DNA of 64,000 nt, from the IMG/VR virus record IMGVR_UViG_3300045988_131228, positions 96,001-160,000 of that record. One strand, 5' to 3'. The notes under the pieces were generated by a model, which made no database searches, had not been told where the DNA came from, and saw only the letters and a list, made by a program, of their open reading frames with translations. How positions within the stretch are numbered: position 1 is the first letter of the stretch; each line of letters opens with the position of its first letter. Shown here one piece after another: positions 36,343-46,348 of this stretch. The stretch comes from a virus. Position numbers and translations under genes: made by a program.

Positions 36343-36852
36343 TTAATTAGTCCTATAATCTTCTTTCTCAAACTCAATTTCACCTGATTCATAATCTTTT
36401 GACACTATAACATAGTATTCTTTATCTTCATCGAATTTGTACATATGTACCATACTGTTACCAGAACCCATAAAATAGGAATATTCTTCTGGGTTTTCTC
36501 TAAAATATTCAATTCCTTGCTGAATCCATTTATTAATTTCTTCATCTGAAATTTCAATAGCTTTAAACTCTTTGCTTGATACAGTAAAATGAGTCGGATA
36601 TTTTACATTTGACGCACAAATATCAATAGCATCATCTTCAAATTCTTCAACATCCATCTCATAATTGCAACATGGACAGGTTACATATGGCAATCCTAGA
36701 TATCCTATATGAGTATCTTCTCTTGATACTTCAAGAATAGATCCGCAATTTCCACATTTTATTTTTACTTTTTCTACTCTGAGTTTAGTTTGCTCTGGTA
36801 GTTGATGCGGATTCCTGGGTTGATTTTTATAATTATTTTGAATTACTTTCAT
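36343..36852 (-). CDS. hypothetical zinc-ribbon protein
   Basis: GGAGG-preceded ATG 36852. Contains CGNCGS..CPCC. Confidence 0.55.
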   Translation of the reverse strand: MKVIQNNYKNQPRNPHQLPEQTKLRVEKVKIKCGNCGSILEVSREDTHIGYLGLPYVTCPCCNYEMDVEEFEDDAIDICASNVKYPTHFTVSSKEFKAIEISDEEINKWIQQGIEYFRENPEEYSYFMGSGNSMVHMYKFDEDKEYYVIVSKDYESGEIEFEKEDYRTN

Positions 36853-37442
36853 TGTTTTCCTCCATTTACTCCATAACCTAAAATAAAACAATCATCAATT
36901 AATCTCTCATTAATGTATTTTCCGCAAGACAATCGAAATAATTGATCTCCATATGGCTCTTTAACAGGATATATCTCATGATACCATCCATTAATTTTGT
37001 TTCTGATAATAATATCAGGATAATCTTGTAAATACATTCGTCCAATCCATTCTGGTAAACAACTATTCCAAGGATATACCGTTACAAATTTAATTTTTGC
37101 TTCGTTAAGCCATTGTCTGATTCTAATGTCGCTATCCACAAAAACAACGTCTACTTTACCTATATTCTCTTTTATATATTGAATAAAATTATTTGGGAAA
37201 TTTGGATTATCAACACTAATAATTTGTTGTTTGAATTGATTTAGATGTGCTTCTGTAGACATAAGATGCAGGCTTGATTCCCACCATTGACGTTCTTTTT
37301 CAATTTCTTCTTCATTTGGTAATCGCTTTATTGTCTTAAAATCATAAATATTTACATCCAATATATTATAATCTTTGATGTGTTCACTTGCATATGTTTT
37401 ACCGCAACAAGTATAAGCACTAATAATTAACGTATTCTTCAT
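36849..37442 (-). CDS. P-loop NTPase/kinase-like protein
   Basis: Walker A AYTCCGKT close to the N-terminus. ATG 37442 overlaps the upstream stop (ATGA). Confidence 0.5.
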   Translation of the reverse strand: MKNTLIISAYTCCGKTYASEHIKDYNILDVNIYDFKTIKRLPNEEEIEKERQWWESSLHLMSTEAHLNQFKQQIISVDNPNFPNNFIQYIKENIGKVDVVFVDSDIRIRQWLNEAKIKFVTVYPWNSCLPEWIGRMYLQDYPDIIIRNKINGWYHEIYPVKEPYGDQLFRLSCGKYINERLIDDCFILGYGVNGGKQ

Positions 37443-38038
37443 ACTGATTCTCCTATATAAACCCATTTTAATTTCTCATGAATATTTATATTATCAATCG
37501 GAAAATAAATCACACATGGGTATTTGTCTGGTATATTAGCAAATTCTCCACCACGATCATAATATTCTCTAATTGTTTCTAAAACTTCTCCTGTATCATC
37601 ATCTACATTTGGGCTAAATCCGAAATATTTTTCGCAATATTCAGGATTACCAAAATATTGTTGAACCATTTCTATGAAGTTAATCATTTCATTTTTATCA
37701 TGAATGATATTGAGATATTCTATTGGATTATATGCGTCACAATTAGCAACATAATGTGTGGGAAATGTGATATTCGATTGAATATTTTCAAGATTTGTTC
37801 TCATAGAGCATATGTTGAACGGATGATTTAATTCACAATATTTGCATTTATAGCAGTCATGTTCAAATTCATTATGATTATGTACACCTGTGTCTACAAA
37901 CTTGACACAACTATCATTATAACCAGGAATACAACGATGATCTAATCTAAATGAACCATCATCATTTCTAATTATATCTTTATATTTGTTAAGCAGGAAT
38001 TTTATATTCTGCTTTTCAGTTGATGTTGGATATATCAT
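37439..38038 (-). CDS. hypothetical protein
   Basis: 199-aa ORF. Confidence 0.6.
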   Translation of the reverse strand: MIYPTSTEKQNIKFLLNKYKDIIRNDDGSFRLDHRCIPGYNDSCVKFVDTGVHNHNEFEHDCYKCKYCELNHPFNICSMRTNLENIQSNITFPTHYVANCDAYNPIEYLNIIHDKNEMINFIEMVQQYFGNPEYCEKYFGFSPNVDDDTGEVLETIREYYDRGGEFANIPDKYPCVIYFPIDNINIHEKLKWVYIGESV

Positions 38039-38074
38039 ATATTATGGCTTTTCTCCTTTCATGAAATGAAAATT

Positions 38075-38383
38075 TCAGACTAATTTACGTTCTCTTAATT
38101 CTGTCCATTTCTTAAAATCATCAATTGTAAATTCTTCTGACTTAATATCATCACGTAATAATACAGTATAATGAGGTACATCTTCGTTTAAATTCTGGTC
38201 AAGGAAGTCATTAATCACAGCAAATGAATTATAAATGCCTAATTTATATGCTTTCTTCTCAGATTCAGTCATACCAGTACAAACATTTACCTCTGTATCT
38301 CCTAATACTTTCTTATATGTATTAATACTTTCTACTATCATCATGACTTCATTTTCTTTTGTATTTGTCCTATTCGATTTCAT
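38075..38383 (-). CDS. hypothetical protein
   Basis: GGAGG-preceded ATG 38383 (track start 38407). Confidence 0.55.
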   Translation of the reverse strand: MKSNRTNTKENEVMMIVESINTYKKVLGDTEVNVCTGMTESEKKAYKLGIYNSFAVINDFLDQNLNEDVPHYTVLLRDDIKSEEFTIDDFKKWTELRERKLV

Positions 38384-38645
38384 GTAATGTATCCTCCAAC
38401 TTCTCAATTTCTTCTCTCAACTCATCATTCTGCAAATCAAGAGCATTATTTTCATTTTGCAAATCTTCGTTTTCTTTTTCTAAATCATAAACTTTATCTA
38501 ACAATTCCTGATATTCTTCATCGCTATGTATCGGTGTTAGCTTCTCAATCTCATCCGCCAAATCCGAATTGTAATAACTTCTTACAAGACAAGCAGCATC
38601 TTGAAGATTATTAACTTCTTCCCAATTACCTTCAATCAGAATCAT
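38370..38645 (-). CDS. hypothetical acidic coiled-coil protein
   Basis: 91-aa ORF. Confidence 0.55.
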   Translation of the reverse strand: MILIEGNWEEVNNLQDAACLVRSYYNSDLADEIEKLTPIHSDEEYQELLDKVYDLEKENEDLQNENNALDLQNDELREEIEKLEDTLHEIE

Positions 38646-38815
38646 TTCATTTCTCCTTTAGATGACATATAAATAAACTGATTTTTAAATTCTTTGACCT
38701 CATCGGATGTTTTAAAAAATGGCTGTAAAATTTCATTTATTTCCTCTTCATGTTCAATACACCAATTGTCAAATGAATCATCTATAATTTTTAATTCTGC
38801 TCGTTGACCTCTCAT
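38642..38815 (-). CDS. hypothetical protein
   Basis: GGAGTGA-N7-ATG 38815 immediately after the upstream stop. Track start 38884 overlaps the neighbour by 62 nt. Confidence 0.45.
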   Translation of the reverse strand: MRGQRAELKIIDDSFDNWCIEHEEEINEILQPFFKTSDEVKEFKNQFIYMSSKGEMK

Positions 38816-38822
38816 ACACCAT

Positions 38823-39194
38823 TCACTCCACAATATCACATCGTTCAAATTCAATTGAATATTTTGGAATGTAATTGATACCATAAGATTTCATATAATC
38901 TTCAATAGCATGTACACAATTTCTTCCAAACTTTTCTGCATTATTTCCATCCATAATTGCATGATATAGTAATTCTTCATAGTTTCTAATATGTTTATAA
39001 TTTTTGTAACTATAATCAGGGACTAAAGTAAAACTTCTTTTTTCTGGTGGAATCCACATTTGAAACCCCTCTATATGTTGGAACGTAGGTTTCCCATTAA
39101 TCGTAAATTCATTTTTTTCGTTCATAAAATATTTTGTCTGAGAATTACCATAAAAACATAAAGATACTTTAATCCCACGTTTTATATAATTCAT
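38823..39194 (-). CDS. hypothetical protein
   Basis: 123-aa ORF. Confidence 0.55.
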   Translation of the reverse strand: MNYIKRGIKVSLCFYGNSQTKYFMNEKNEFTINGKPTFQHIEGFQMWIPPEKRSFTLVPDYSYKNYKHIRNYEELLYHAIMDGNNAEKFGRNCVHAIEDYMKSYGINYIPKYSIEFERCDIVE

Positions 39195-39197
39195 ATA

Positions 39198-39371
39198 TCA
39201 CTTCTCCATTTCATTAAGCAATTTCTCACAACGTTTAATATGGTATCTTAGTTTTCTATTTCTTTCGCTATCTGTACGACCGTGACTACAACATTGATTA
39301 AATCCAAGAATATCTTCTGCTAATTCCTTTGAATATTCTACAAATTGCTTTGTAACTTTAACATTATTCAT
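39198..39371 (-). CDS. hypothetical 57-aa protein
   Basis: Hand-translated MNNVKVTKQF...NEMEK with GAGGTGA upstream. Below the track cutoff. Confidence 0.4.
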   Translation of the reverse strand: MNNVKVTKQFVEYSKELAEDILGFNQCCSHGRTDSERNRKLRYHIKRCEKLLNEMEK

Positions 39372-39469
39372 TCATTTATCACCTCATATGTGTCTTTTAA
39401 GGCATATTTTGGTCAAAAATACACCTCAAAAGACGTAATTTTTATGATGAAAGGGAACTTTCATCTGAT

Positions 39470-39694
39470 CTAAATTTCTCCCTTTACTCCACAATTATCA
39501 GCAATAGTCCAATCATCACATGCCATATTTTCAATAGTATATGTAATATCCTCTGAATCTCTGATATTGATAACTCTACCATCATGACAATACATCATGA
39601 CTTCATTACCATCCAGTTCCCACCAACCTGTCCAATGTTTCCTCTTGATCTTATGCCCTCTTTTAAGTGAAAATAATGCGCTTGCAAAATTCAT
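39470..39694 (-). CDS. hypothetical protein
   Basis: 74-aa ORF, GGGAGG-N6-ATG. Confidence 0.55.
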   Translation of the reverse strand: MNFASALFSLKRGHKIKRKHWTGWWELDGNEVMMYCHDGRVINIRDSEDITYTIENMACDDWTIADNCGVKGEI

Positions 39695-39697
39695 AGT

Positions 39698-39952
39698 TTA
39701 CCTCCCAATTTTTGCTAAAAGTTTTAACAATAGTTTCTGATACCAGTACAAATGTAAATCATGTCCCATCAGCTCAAGAAACTCTTCTGGATGCTTCTGA
39801 TAATATAAAATTCGATTCTTGTCTATTTCTTTACTACTAGGTTGTGTTGTAGTTTCCCATTCTTCAAATTTAATTCTTGTTGGATAACTACGTTTACTAT
39901 CTTTTGATTCTATATTCTCTAATTTACTTCCATTTTTGAATTTAATTTCTAT
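39698..39952 (-). CDS. hypothetical 84-aa protein with putative ATA start
   Basis: AGAGGTGA-N6-ATA. 85 codons verified by hand. The only internal ATG is at codon 62. Its stop is embedded in the next gene's SD. Confidence 0.55.
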   Translation of the reverse strand: MEIKFKNGSKLENIESKDSKRSYPTRIKFEEWETTTQPSSKEIDKNRILYYQKHPEEFLELMGHDLHLYWYQKLLLKLLAKIGR

Positions 39953-39964
39953 CGTAAATCACCT

Positions 39965-40366
39965 CTAAATCTTTTCTAAACATACGGCGCAATCAACTTT
40001 TTGTGAAATTCCATTGAACGCTAATTTATCATTTACTTTATTAATATACCAAGCATAAGGGCTAATACCTTCGTTCATTTTTTCTGCTAATTTATCTGCT
40101 TTTTCCTGGTGCTCATATGCTATATTGCCATATTTAAGTTTCTCTGAATCCCATACAGTATTCCCTATCTTTGTTTTAAATGTTAAATATGATTCATACT
40201 CTTTAATATATTCTCTAACTACCGAAAGCATTTTAGGGATATTTTCTTCTAGCACAGAATCTCCAATGAACTCTTTCGGATATAAGATTACAATTTTATC
40301 ATCCCATGGACAATCAACACTTAACACTGGTTGTATGCAATAATTATTATCATCAAATAATCTCAT
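39965..40366 (-). CDS. hypothetical protein
   Basis: 133-aa ORF. Confidence 0.55.
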   Translation of the reverse strand: MRLFDDNNYCIQPVLSVDCPWDDKIVILYPKEFIGDSVLEENIPKMLSVVREYIKEYESYLTFKTKIGNTVWDSEKLKYGNIAYEHQEKADKLAEKMNEGISPYAWYINKVNDKLAFNGISQKVDCAVCLEKI

Positions 40367-40379
40367 TATTTATTCCTTT

Positions 40380-40649
40380 TTATTCATCTACTATTTCAAA
40401 CTCTTCTTTAAATTGTGTATCTGTATATCTCGTCCGTGTTCCTTCGTCCCAGTCAAAAACATACCAATCATTATAAAAATAATAATGTATTCCATAACCT
40501 AATTTTTCAATTGCACAACGTATATCATCATCATATTTAATAAAAATATTTTTTCCATTAAGACAAGGTTCTAACGTCCGTAAAATTTCATCTCTATTTT
40601 CTTTTGTAAACTGCACACACTCAAATTGTTCTTTTCTTACACATTTCAT
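40380..40649 (-). CDS. hypothetical protein
   Basis: 89-aa ORF. Confidence 0.55.
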   Translation of the reverse strand: MKCVRKEQFECVQFTKENRDEILRTLEPCLNGKNIFIKYDDDIRCAIEKLGYGIHYYFYNDWYVFDWDEGTRTRYTDTQFKEEFEIVDE

Positions 40650-40787
40650 TGTTATCCCTTTCTTTCTCCTTCATCTGTTTGCAAAATTCTCTATATCTTC
40701 TTGTATATTCATAAGATTCTCCAAATATATTATTCACACCTTGAAAAAATAATTTCATCTTTAATTTTTGCCTATTTTCATGCCATT

Positions 40788-41030
40788 TTAGAGCATTTCT
40801 GGATGTTCATTAAACATTTTTAAGAACTTCTTCTCATCATCTTTGTCTGTACACCACAATTCTAATTCTTCCCCATGATCTCCTACCAGAGCTGCGACTG
40901 CTACATATTGCGTTAGTGCAGATTTGAGATTATATTTATCACCATATACAGATGTTAATGTTACTTCTCCTTTGCATCCGTTTACTACTTCTAAAAATGT
41001 TTCTACGTTTTTAATGTTTTTGATTTTCAT
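40788..41030 (-). CDS. hypothetical protein, weakly HPr-like
   Basis: 80 aa. YNLKSALTQY..GEELELWCTDKDDEKKF loosely parallels the HPr Ser46 region and C-terminal helix. Low confidence. Confidence 0.5.
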   Translation of the reverse strand: MKIKNIKNVETFLEVVNGCKGEVTLTSVYGDKYNLKSALTQYVAVAALVGDHGEELELWCTDKDDEKKFLKMFNEHPEML

Positions 41031-41034
41031 TTAT

Positions 41035-41595
41035 TTATCCTCTTCTTTCTTTAATAGATTTCAATGGTCTATCATATTCGTGCAATTGTTCTATAATTAA
41101 ATCTTTTGGTAATAAATCTTTACAAAAATATGCTGTTGCAAACGGGCTTCCTTTAACCACTGAGTTCATGTGTTTTTTATCATGATAACAAACTCTTGAA
41201 TCAAAGCTTAAAATTTGTATACCTTGTTTAAAATATTGGAATCTACTTTTACCCTGTAAGGAATTTAGCGGAAGAAGTACCGCAAAAGGTTTGTAAAATG
41301 AATATAGTCTATTCAAGACTTTATCTTTTATAGAAAATGGTGGGTTAGATACGATAATATCCCACTGATCAGGCTCATATTCAAAGAAATTTTGATTATC
41401 TTTTAATGAGCTTCTAATTACTGTATATCCACATTCTTTTAAACGAATGTAAAATGCAGACCATTCTTCATCAAACGGACACCAAATGACTTTATCCTTC
41501 GGTAAATATTTCATAATGTGATCTACTATATAAAAAGGTGAATAAAGTTCATTATTTTCTTTATCTGATGTTAAATAACCAATATTTAATGCCAT
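41035..41595 (-). CDS. Putative N6-adenine DNA methyltransferase
   Basis: Catalytic motif IVSNPPF. Small (186 aa) orphan enzyme with no nuclease partner. Confidence 0.6.
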   Translation of the reverse strand: MALNIGYLTSDKENNELYSPFYIVDHIMKYLPKDKVIWCPFDEEWSAFYIRLKECGYTVIRSSLKDNQNFFEYEPDQWDIIVSNPPFSIKDKVLNRLYSFYKPFAVLLPLNSLQGKSRFQYFKQGIQILSFDSRVCYHDKKHMNSVVKGSPFATAYFCKDLLPKDLIIEQLHEYDRPLKSIKERRG

Positions 41596-41810
41596 ATTTG
41601 TCCCTAAAGTGCCGCGCAGCTTACCTCATGAGACTATGTTTTCCTTTCTTCTATCAATTGTTTCTTTCATGTGATATATTAAATCACTAATATTTATGCG
41701 GTTTCAGCGTCCCAAAACCACATGATATTATGTATTCTAGTTATGTTATCTCTTTCAGAAGTCAGTAAAATCAAGGATTTTCAAAACTACGATGAAAGAA
41801 ATATTTTATG

Positions 41811-42008
41811 TTACTTTTTGTCTTTATATCTTGTGTAAGCATCACTTACGATTTTATTAAAATATAAACGTTGTTCTATTTCTCTATAAATGCTTTGCGT
41901 AATATGATTCTCGGTTTTCTTTACCATATAATCTTCCACTGTTTTAAAATTATTCAACAATTTTTCTTTGTCTGATAATTTGTTATTCTGTTTCTTCTTT
42001 CTCTTCAT
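41811..42008 (-). CDS. hypothetical basic protein
   Basis: ATG 42008 lies after the upstream stop (track start 42068 overlaps the neighbour). Confidence 0.45.
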   Translation of the reverse strand: MKRKKKQNNKLSDKEKLLNNFKTVEDYMVKKTENHITQSIYREIEQRLYFNKIVSDAYTRYKDKK

Positions 42009-42015
42009 GTTTAAC

Positions 42016-42327
42016 CTATAGCATCTCCGCAACTTTCTTTGCAAAAATATCCTTGATATTCTTATCAATTACATCACAAATAACTTTCTCTGTTGCTTCT
42101 TTTACATACGTTTCTAATGTTTTATCTTTAATTTTTCGATTTGGATTCCATTTATCCGCTGATACTAATGCTCCAATTCTTTTAGTTACAATCTTTTCAA
42201 TTTCATCATCAAGATTCCCTACAATTACATCTTCAATGTACTTATCCATTGCAAGTTTAACTTTTTGATCAAGTTCTTCACTATCAACTTGCAGATTTAA
42301 AATTAATTTTGGTTCTGATTTCTTCAT
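42016..42327 (-). CDS. hypothetical protein
   Basis: 103-aa ORF. Confidence 0.55.
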   Translation of the reverse strand: MKKSEPKLILNLQVDSEELDQKVKLAMDKYIEDVIVGNLDDEIEKIVTKRIGALVSADKWNPNRKIKDKTLETYVKEATEKVICDVIDKNIKDIFAKKVAEML

Positions 42328-42341
42328 ATTTTAATCCTTTC

Positions 42342-42611
42342 TTATTCCTCAGTAATGCAAGTGTTTGTTACTTTTTTATATACATCCTCATATAATTCTT
42401 GCTTATCACCGTTGTATGTATATTCAGCATAAATGCCATCACCAGAAACCGTAGTAGAAGCAAGACATTTATAGTTTTGTAGAGTCTTACATGACCAAAC
42501 AATAAATACATCATTCAAATCAACTTCATCTTCTGGATAATTTTCATAATACCATTCTACTAATTTCTTTAAACATACTTTCTGAAAGTGATTCATTCCT
42601 GTAATAATCAT
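42342..42611 (-). CDS. hypothetical protein
   Basis: 89-aa ORF. Confidence 0.55.
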   Translation of the reverse strand: MIITGMNHFQKVCLKKLVEWYYENYPEDEVDLNDVFIVWSCKTLQNYKCLASTTVSGDGIYAEYTYNGDKQELYEDVYKKVTNTCITEE

Positions 42612-42617
42612 AATTCT

Positions 42618-43074
42618 TTAATCCTCCACTGGTTCATATTTTTTAAATAATTCACCCATTGTTAAATGATTGAATTTTGCTATATCCATTGCACAAGCCA
42701 CAACATTATGTGGTGTAGAAGCTCCAATAAATTCACATAGATACTCTGATAATAATTGATATTTAATATCTTTTGATATTTCTTCATTCCAAGGTTTTCT
42801 AATCCATCCAATCATTTTCTGATTATTGATTATTACTTCTCCTTTATAAAGTGAATATAATACACTACCGTTACTACTTCTCCACCAAGCATCTTCACCT
42901 GCGCATTTCACAAATTTTTCTTCTGACATATCTGAAATCATATCAAATATTTCATCATCCATTAACCAAACTTCATATCTATTACTTTTGTATGTACATA
43001 CTGTTCCATATTCTTTTGGATAATCCAGTACAAAAAAAGAATTGCTCAAGGTTATTACCTAAAATCTCTTTCAT
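42618..43074 (-). CDS. hypothetical protein, frame break in the 7-nt homopolymer 43032-43038
   Basis: GGTGGTGA-N4-ATG 43074 is out of frame with the long ORF (track TTG 43049). The frames meet in a T7 run on the coding strand. Confidence 0.5.
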
Positions 43075-43078
43075 TTTC

Positions 43079-43432
43079 TCACCACCCTAAATACCGAAAC
43101 CATTTTGCAAATAATGTCAATCCTTCTTGAATCTTATCATTCAGTTCATTGTATTTATCCATCCAATCGGAATCCTTAAAATTTATAGACGCATATATCT
43201 CATAATCATTAGCAACTTGCTCGAATGACCAAATCATTTTATCCAATAGAGCATCCCATTTCTCAGGTGTATTCGCTTCGCCATATCCAGGATAAGCAAT
43301 GGTTAATTTCTTATACATCTTTAATCTTGGGAGAACATATTTTGCAATATTACAATCCAGATCCCATGTTTCTTTTGGATTGACATATAGTCCTTGCTTC
43401 TTTAACCGCTTTTTATGTACTCTTTTATTCAT
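43079..43432 (-). CDS. hypothetical protein
   Basis: 117-aa ORF. Confidence 0.55.
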   Translation of the reverse strand: MNKRVHKKRLKKQGLYVNPKETWDLDCNIAKYVLPRLKMYKKLTIAYPGYGEANTPEKWDALLDKMIWSFEQVANDYEIYASINFKDSDWMDKYNELNDKIQEGLTLFAKWFRYLGW

Positions 43433-43445
43433 AAAACATCACTCA

Positions 43446-43835
43446 TCATAATATTCCAATTAAAATCCACCATGTAAAAATAATTTGAATAACGTGGATT
43501 ATCTGATCTTGAATTAAATTAATTTTCTTTTCATTAGCTTTCAGATTGTCTACAAACATATGTATCATTAAATTAACAATTAACAATACAGGTTTCCATA
43601 TTCCACCAGTTACCATAAGAGCAATCGTTGGTGATAACATAATCATAAATGACCAACTAAAGCTATGCATAAACAACGCTACGAGGTAATCATATTTATA
43701 TAATTTCTCTGGTGCGTTATTTTCCCACCATGTTTTTTTCTTTGCAGATGCTAACCATCCTTGCAAATAATAATCATCTACAACATGACAGAAAATCATT
43801 GTAAATAAGATAAATATTTTATATGCAATATTCAT
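43446..43835 (-). CDS. integral membrane protein (DUF3307-like)
   Basis: Multiple hydrophobic helices. N-terminal HVVDDYYLQ-type motif. Confidence 0.55.
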   Translation of the reverse strand: MNIAYKIFILFTMIFCHVVDDYYLQGWLASAKKKTWWENNAPEKLYKYDYLVALFMHSFSWSFMIMLSPTIALMVTGGIWKPVLLIVNLMIHMFVDNLKANEKKINLIQDQIIHVIQIIFTWWILIGIL

Positions 43836-43844
43836 AAAACACCT

Positions 43845-44606
43845 CTAAAATCCTGTTTGTTTTCCAATAAAATTAATTGGTTCATCTGTTACTTTATTTA
43901 TTCCATGTCCAATTACTTCAAGATAATATTCTTCTTTGCTTTCATCTTGTCTAATAACGAATTGAACTGTTCCATAGAAATCTCTGATTATAGTTGCTGT
44001 AAAAGATTCTTTTAAATCACAATCGTAATCTGGATTATATTTCAACACTTCATCAAGTGATATAACAGATACCAAACCTGCATCTGCACAAAATCTTCCG
44101 ATAGGTTCTTTTGTATCTGAATTAAATGTAGTGCAACTCCAATCACCATATAACGTATCACATGTCATATAATGATTTATTCCTAATTTCTCCATATCAT
44201 ATCCGTAACAACAGGTACTCCAATCATCTTTTTTATCTTCTCGTATGATATAACATGGATCAGTAATCAAAATATCTCCATTAAAAATCATCGGATCACT
44301 ATCTAAATATTCATGTAGAATCTTCTTTTTAGTGTACTGATTAAATAATTTTTCAACACCTGATGACCTTATTAAATCTAAATAATGTTCACATTCTTCA
44401 TAATCATATCCACGTTTTGCACATTTATTAAGAATTGCCATCCTCAATAAAGTATCTGGTGTGCTATGATATTTCGACTCAAGGTCATACATAATACAAT
44501 CAAAATCTTTGTCAGAAATTTTAAATTCTTCTTTTAAAAGTCTTACAATTTCTGGTTTTACACTCTTACACTCTTTTATTCTCTCTGCGTACCATATTTT
44601 ATCCAT
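43845..44606 (-). CDS. hypothetical protein
   Basis: 253-aa ORF. Confidence 0.6.
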   Translation of the reverse strand: MDKIWYAERIKECKSVKPEIVRLLKEEFKISDKDFDCIMYDLESKYHSTPDTLLRMAILNKCAKRGYDYEECEHYLDLIRSSGVEKLFNQYTKKKILHEYLDSDPMIFNGDILITDPCYIIREDKKDDWSTCCYGYDMEKLGINHYMTCDTLYGDWSCTTFNSDTKEPIGRFCADAGLVSVISLDEVLKYNPDYDCDLKESFTATIIRDFYGTVQFVIRQDESKEEYYLEVIGHGINKVTDEPINFIGKQTGF

Positions 44607-44639
44607 CTATTTACTCCATGAAATCGAGATTTTATCGGA

Positions 44640-44822
44640 TTAAACTACATCATCTACTTCCAGGTCTGTTGTTTCGATAGTAATTTTAATAGTTGACTTG
44701 TCTATTGCTTCACTGTTTGTTATTCTACTATACGATACAGTAACAAGATCTGATTCAGTATTAAATCTTTCAGCTACAACACTTACAATATCTTTCTCAT
44801 TTAATTCGTAAATTGTTCTCAT
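44640..44822 (-). CDS. hypothetical protein
   Basis: 60-aa ORF. Confidence 0.45.
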   Translation of the reverse strand: MRTIYELNEKDIVSVVAERFNTESDLVTVSYSRITNSEAIDKSTIKITIETTDLEVDDVV

Positions 44823-45103
44823 AAACTACAATCCTCCAATGCTTTAATTACTCTTTGTGTTTGTTTCTCTAATTCAACTTCTGCTTTTGCCTTGATATAT
44901 TCTTCTACTAAATCAACATTTACTTCAATATCTATTACATCATTTTCATACGGTTCACCAGTTAATTCTTCTCCATATGTAATTTCTTCAAATGGAATAA
45001 CGTAATATTCACCTGTTTCACCATCTGTGCAGCTAAATGTCAATTCAGTGTTTTCATCATAACCGATTTCTTTTAATTTTCTTATAAGTTCTGCAACTCT
45101 CAT
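44819..45103 (-). CDS. hypothetical acidic protein
   Basis: 94-aa ORF with 4-nt overlaps on both sides. Confidence 0.55.
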   Translation of the reverse strand: MRVAELIRKLKEIGYDENTELTFSCTDGETGEYYVIPFEEITYGEELTGEPYENDVIDIEVNVDLVEEYIKAKAEVELEKQTQRVIKALEDCSL

Positions 45104-45399
45104 TCACCAATTCCTCTCTCTTTACATAATTTTCTCAATGATTCTTCTGTGTATAATCTCCCTGTATCTTGTAACCATGTTACAAATTCATTCTTATCTT
45201 GAAAACAATGAGAACATCCATGATATATGTAGTGATGCTCCCAAAAATCATCCAAATAGCTACAACTATACATTGGTTCTCTTACAAATTCTTTCTTACA
45301 TTTTTCACATTTGTACCAGAATAATAAAGGTTTTATCTTCTTTACAGTAATAGAATCCATATGTATTTTTATAAATCTTTCTTTTGGATCACGTTTCAT
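45100..45399 (-). CDS. hypothetical zinc-ribbon protein
   Basis: CEKC ... CSHC. Confidence 0.55.
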   Translation of the reverse strand: MKRDPKERFIKIHMDSITVKKIKPLLFWYKCEKCKKEFVREPMYSCSYLDDFWEHHYIYHGCSHCFQDKNEFVTWLQDTGRLYTEESLRKLCKERGIGE

Positions 45400-45701
45400 T
45401 TATCATCACCATCTTTCTTTATACCTATATTCGCTATTTTATAAATGAATTTTGTGAATATTTTATTACTCTTTCGTTTCTTATGTCTTTCTCGAAAAAT
45501 GCCAAATGCGAAAAGAAAAAATGAAAATCCTCCCATAAGAATTAGACTTATAACATAATGCGCTCCTCCTTTAAAATAATTCTCATCATATGGTTTCCCT
45601 CTCATATCGCGTACACACACAAGCATCACCGATAATAATCCTATAAGTAACCATATGCCTACAATTATGATGCACTTTTTGCCTTCAAACATTATTTTCA
45701 C
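45396..45701 (-). CDS. membrane protein
   Basis: Two hydrophobic helices followed by a basic tail. Confidence 0.55.
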   Translation of the reverse strand: MKIMFEGKKCIIIVGIWLLIGLLSVMLVCVRDMRGKPYDENYFKGGAHYVISLILMGGFSFFLFAFGIFRERHKKRKSNKIFTKFIYKIANIGIKKDGDDK

Positions 45702-45730
45702 ATCCTCTCTGAAACGTTTGTTTCATGTAT

Positions 45731-46348
45731 TTACATATCATCCAAACTATCTAAAAATTGTTTCATCCATAGATTCTTTTCTTCTACTCTCCTTAATTCT
45801 TCTTGCCAATTTTTATATGCTCTTTTCAATTTTTCATCTGCATAGTCTTTTAAATTATCAATGTATTTCCTAACCGTATCATCAGAAGTATCTAATTCTT
45901 TATTTATGTCTTCTTCACACCATTCATATAAAGATGTATTCAACGACATATCAATTTGTTCTAAACAAAATTTCTTTAGATTTTCATGTTCTGGTGTTGG
46001 TGGAATCCATTTTTCAACTTCTTTTCGTACTTTTAAATACCTTTTATCTTCATCTTTATATTTTTCAAGTATTTTTTCTGCCATGCCCTTATTATCATTA
46101 TACTTAGATATTATATCTTCTTTTACCTCTTCAAGAGTCATGCTATATGCTTTTTCTCTTGACACTAAAGAATCTTTGTATGCTTTTTCATAATAAGGAT
46201 GTGGCTCAAAATGATTTGGTGTTGGAACATCTAAAGATTCATCTTTTAAGTCAACGGCAATTCCAAATGCTCTTGTACATAGTTTCAAAAACTCTTTACC
46301 AGATGTTATTTTCCCATCCTTAATATAAGACGTATATCCTGTTGGCAT
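45731..46348 (-). CDS. hypothetical protein
   Basis: 205-aa ORF. Confidence 0.6.
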   Translation of the reverse strand: MPTGYTSYIKDGKITSGKEFLKLCTRAFGIAVDLKDESLDVPTPNHFEPHPYYEKAYKDSLVSREKAYSMTLEEVKEDIISKYNDNKGMAEKILEKYKDEDKRYLKVRKEVEKWIPPTPEHENLKKFCLEQIDMSLNTSLYEWCEEDINKELDTSDDTVRKYIDNLKDYADEKLKRAYKNWQEELRRVEEKNLWMKQFLDSLDDM

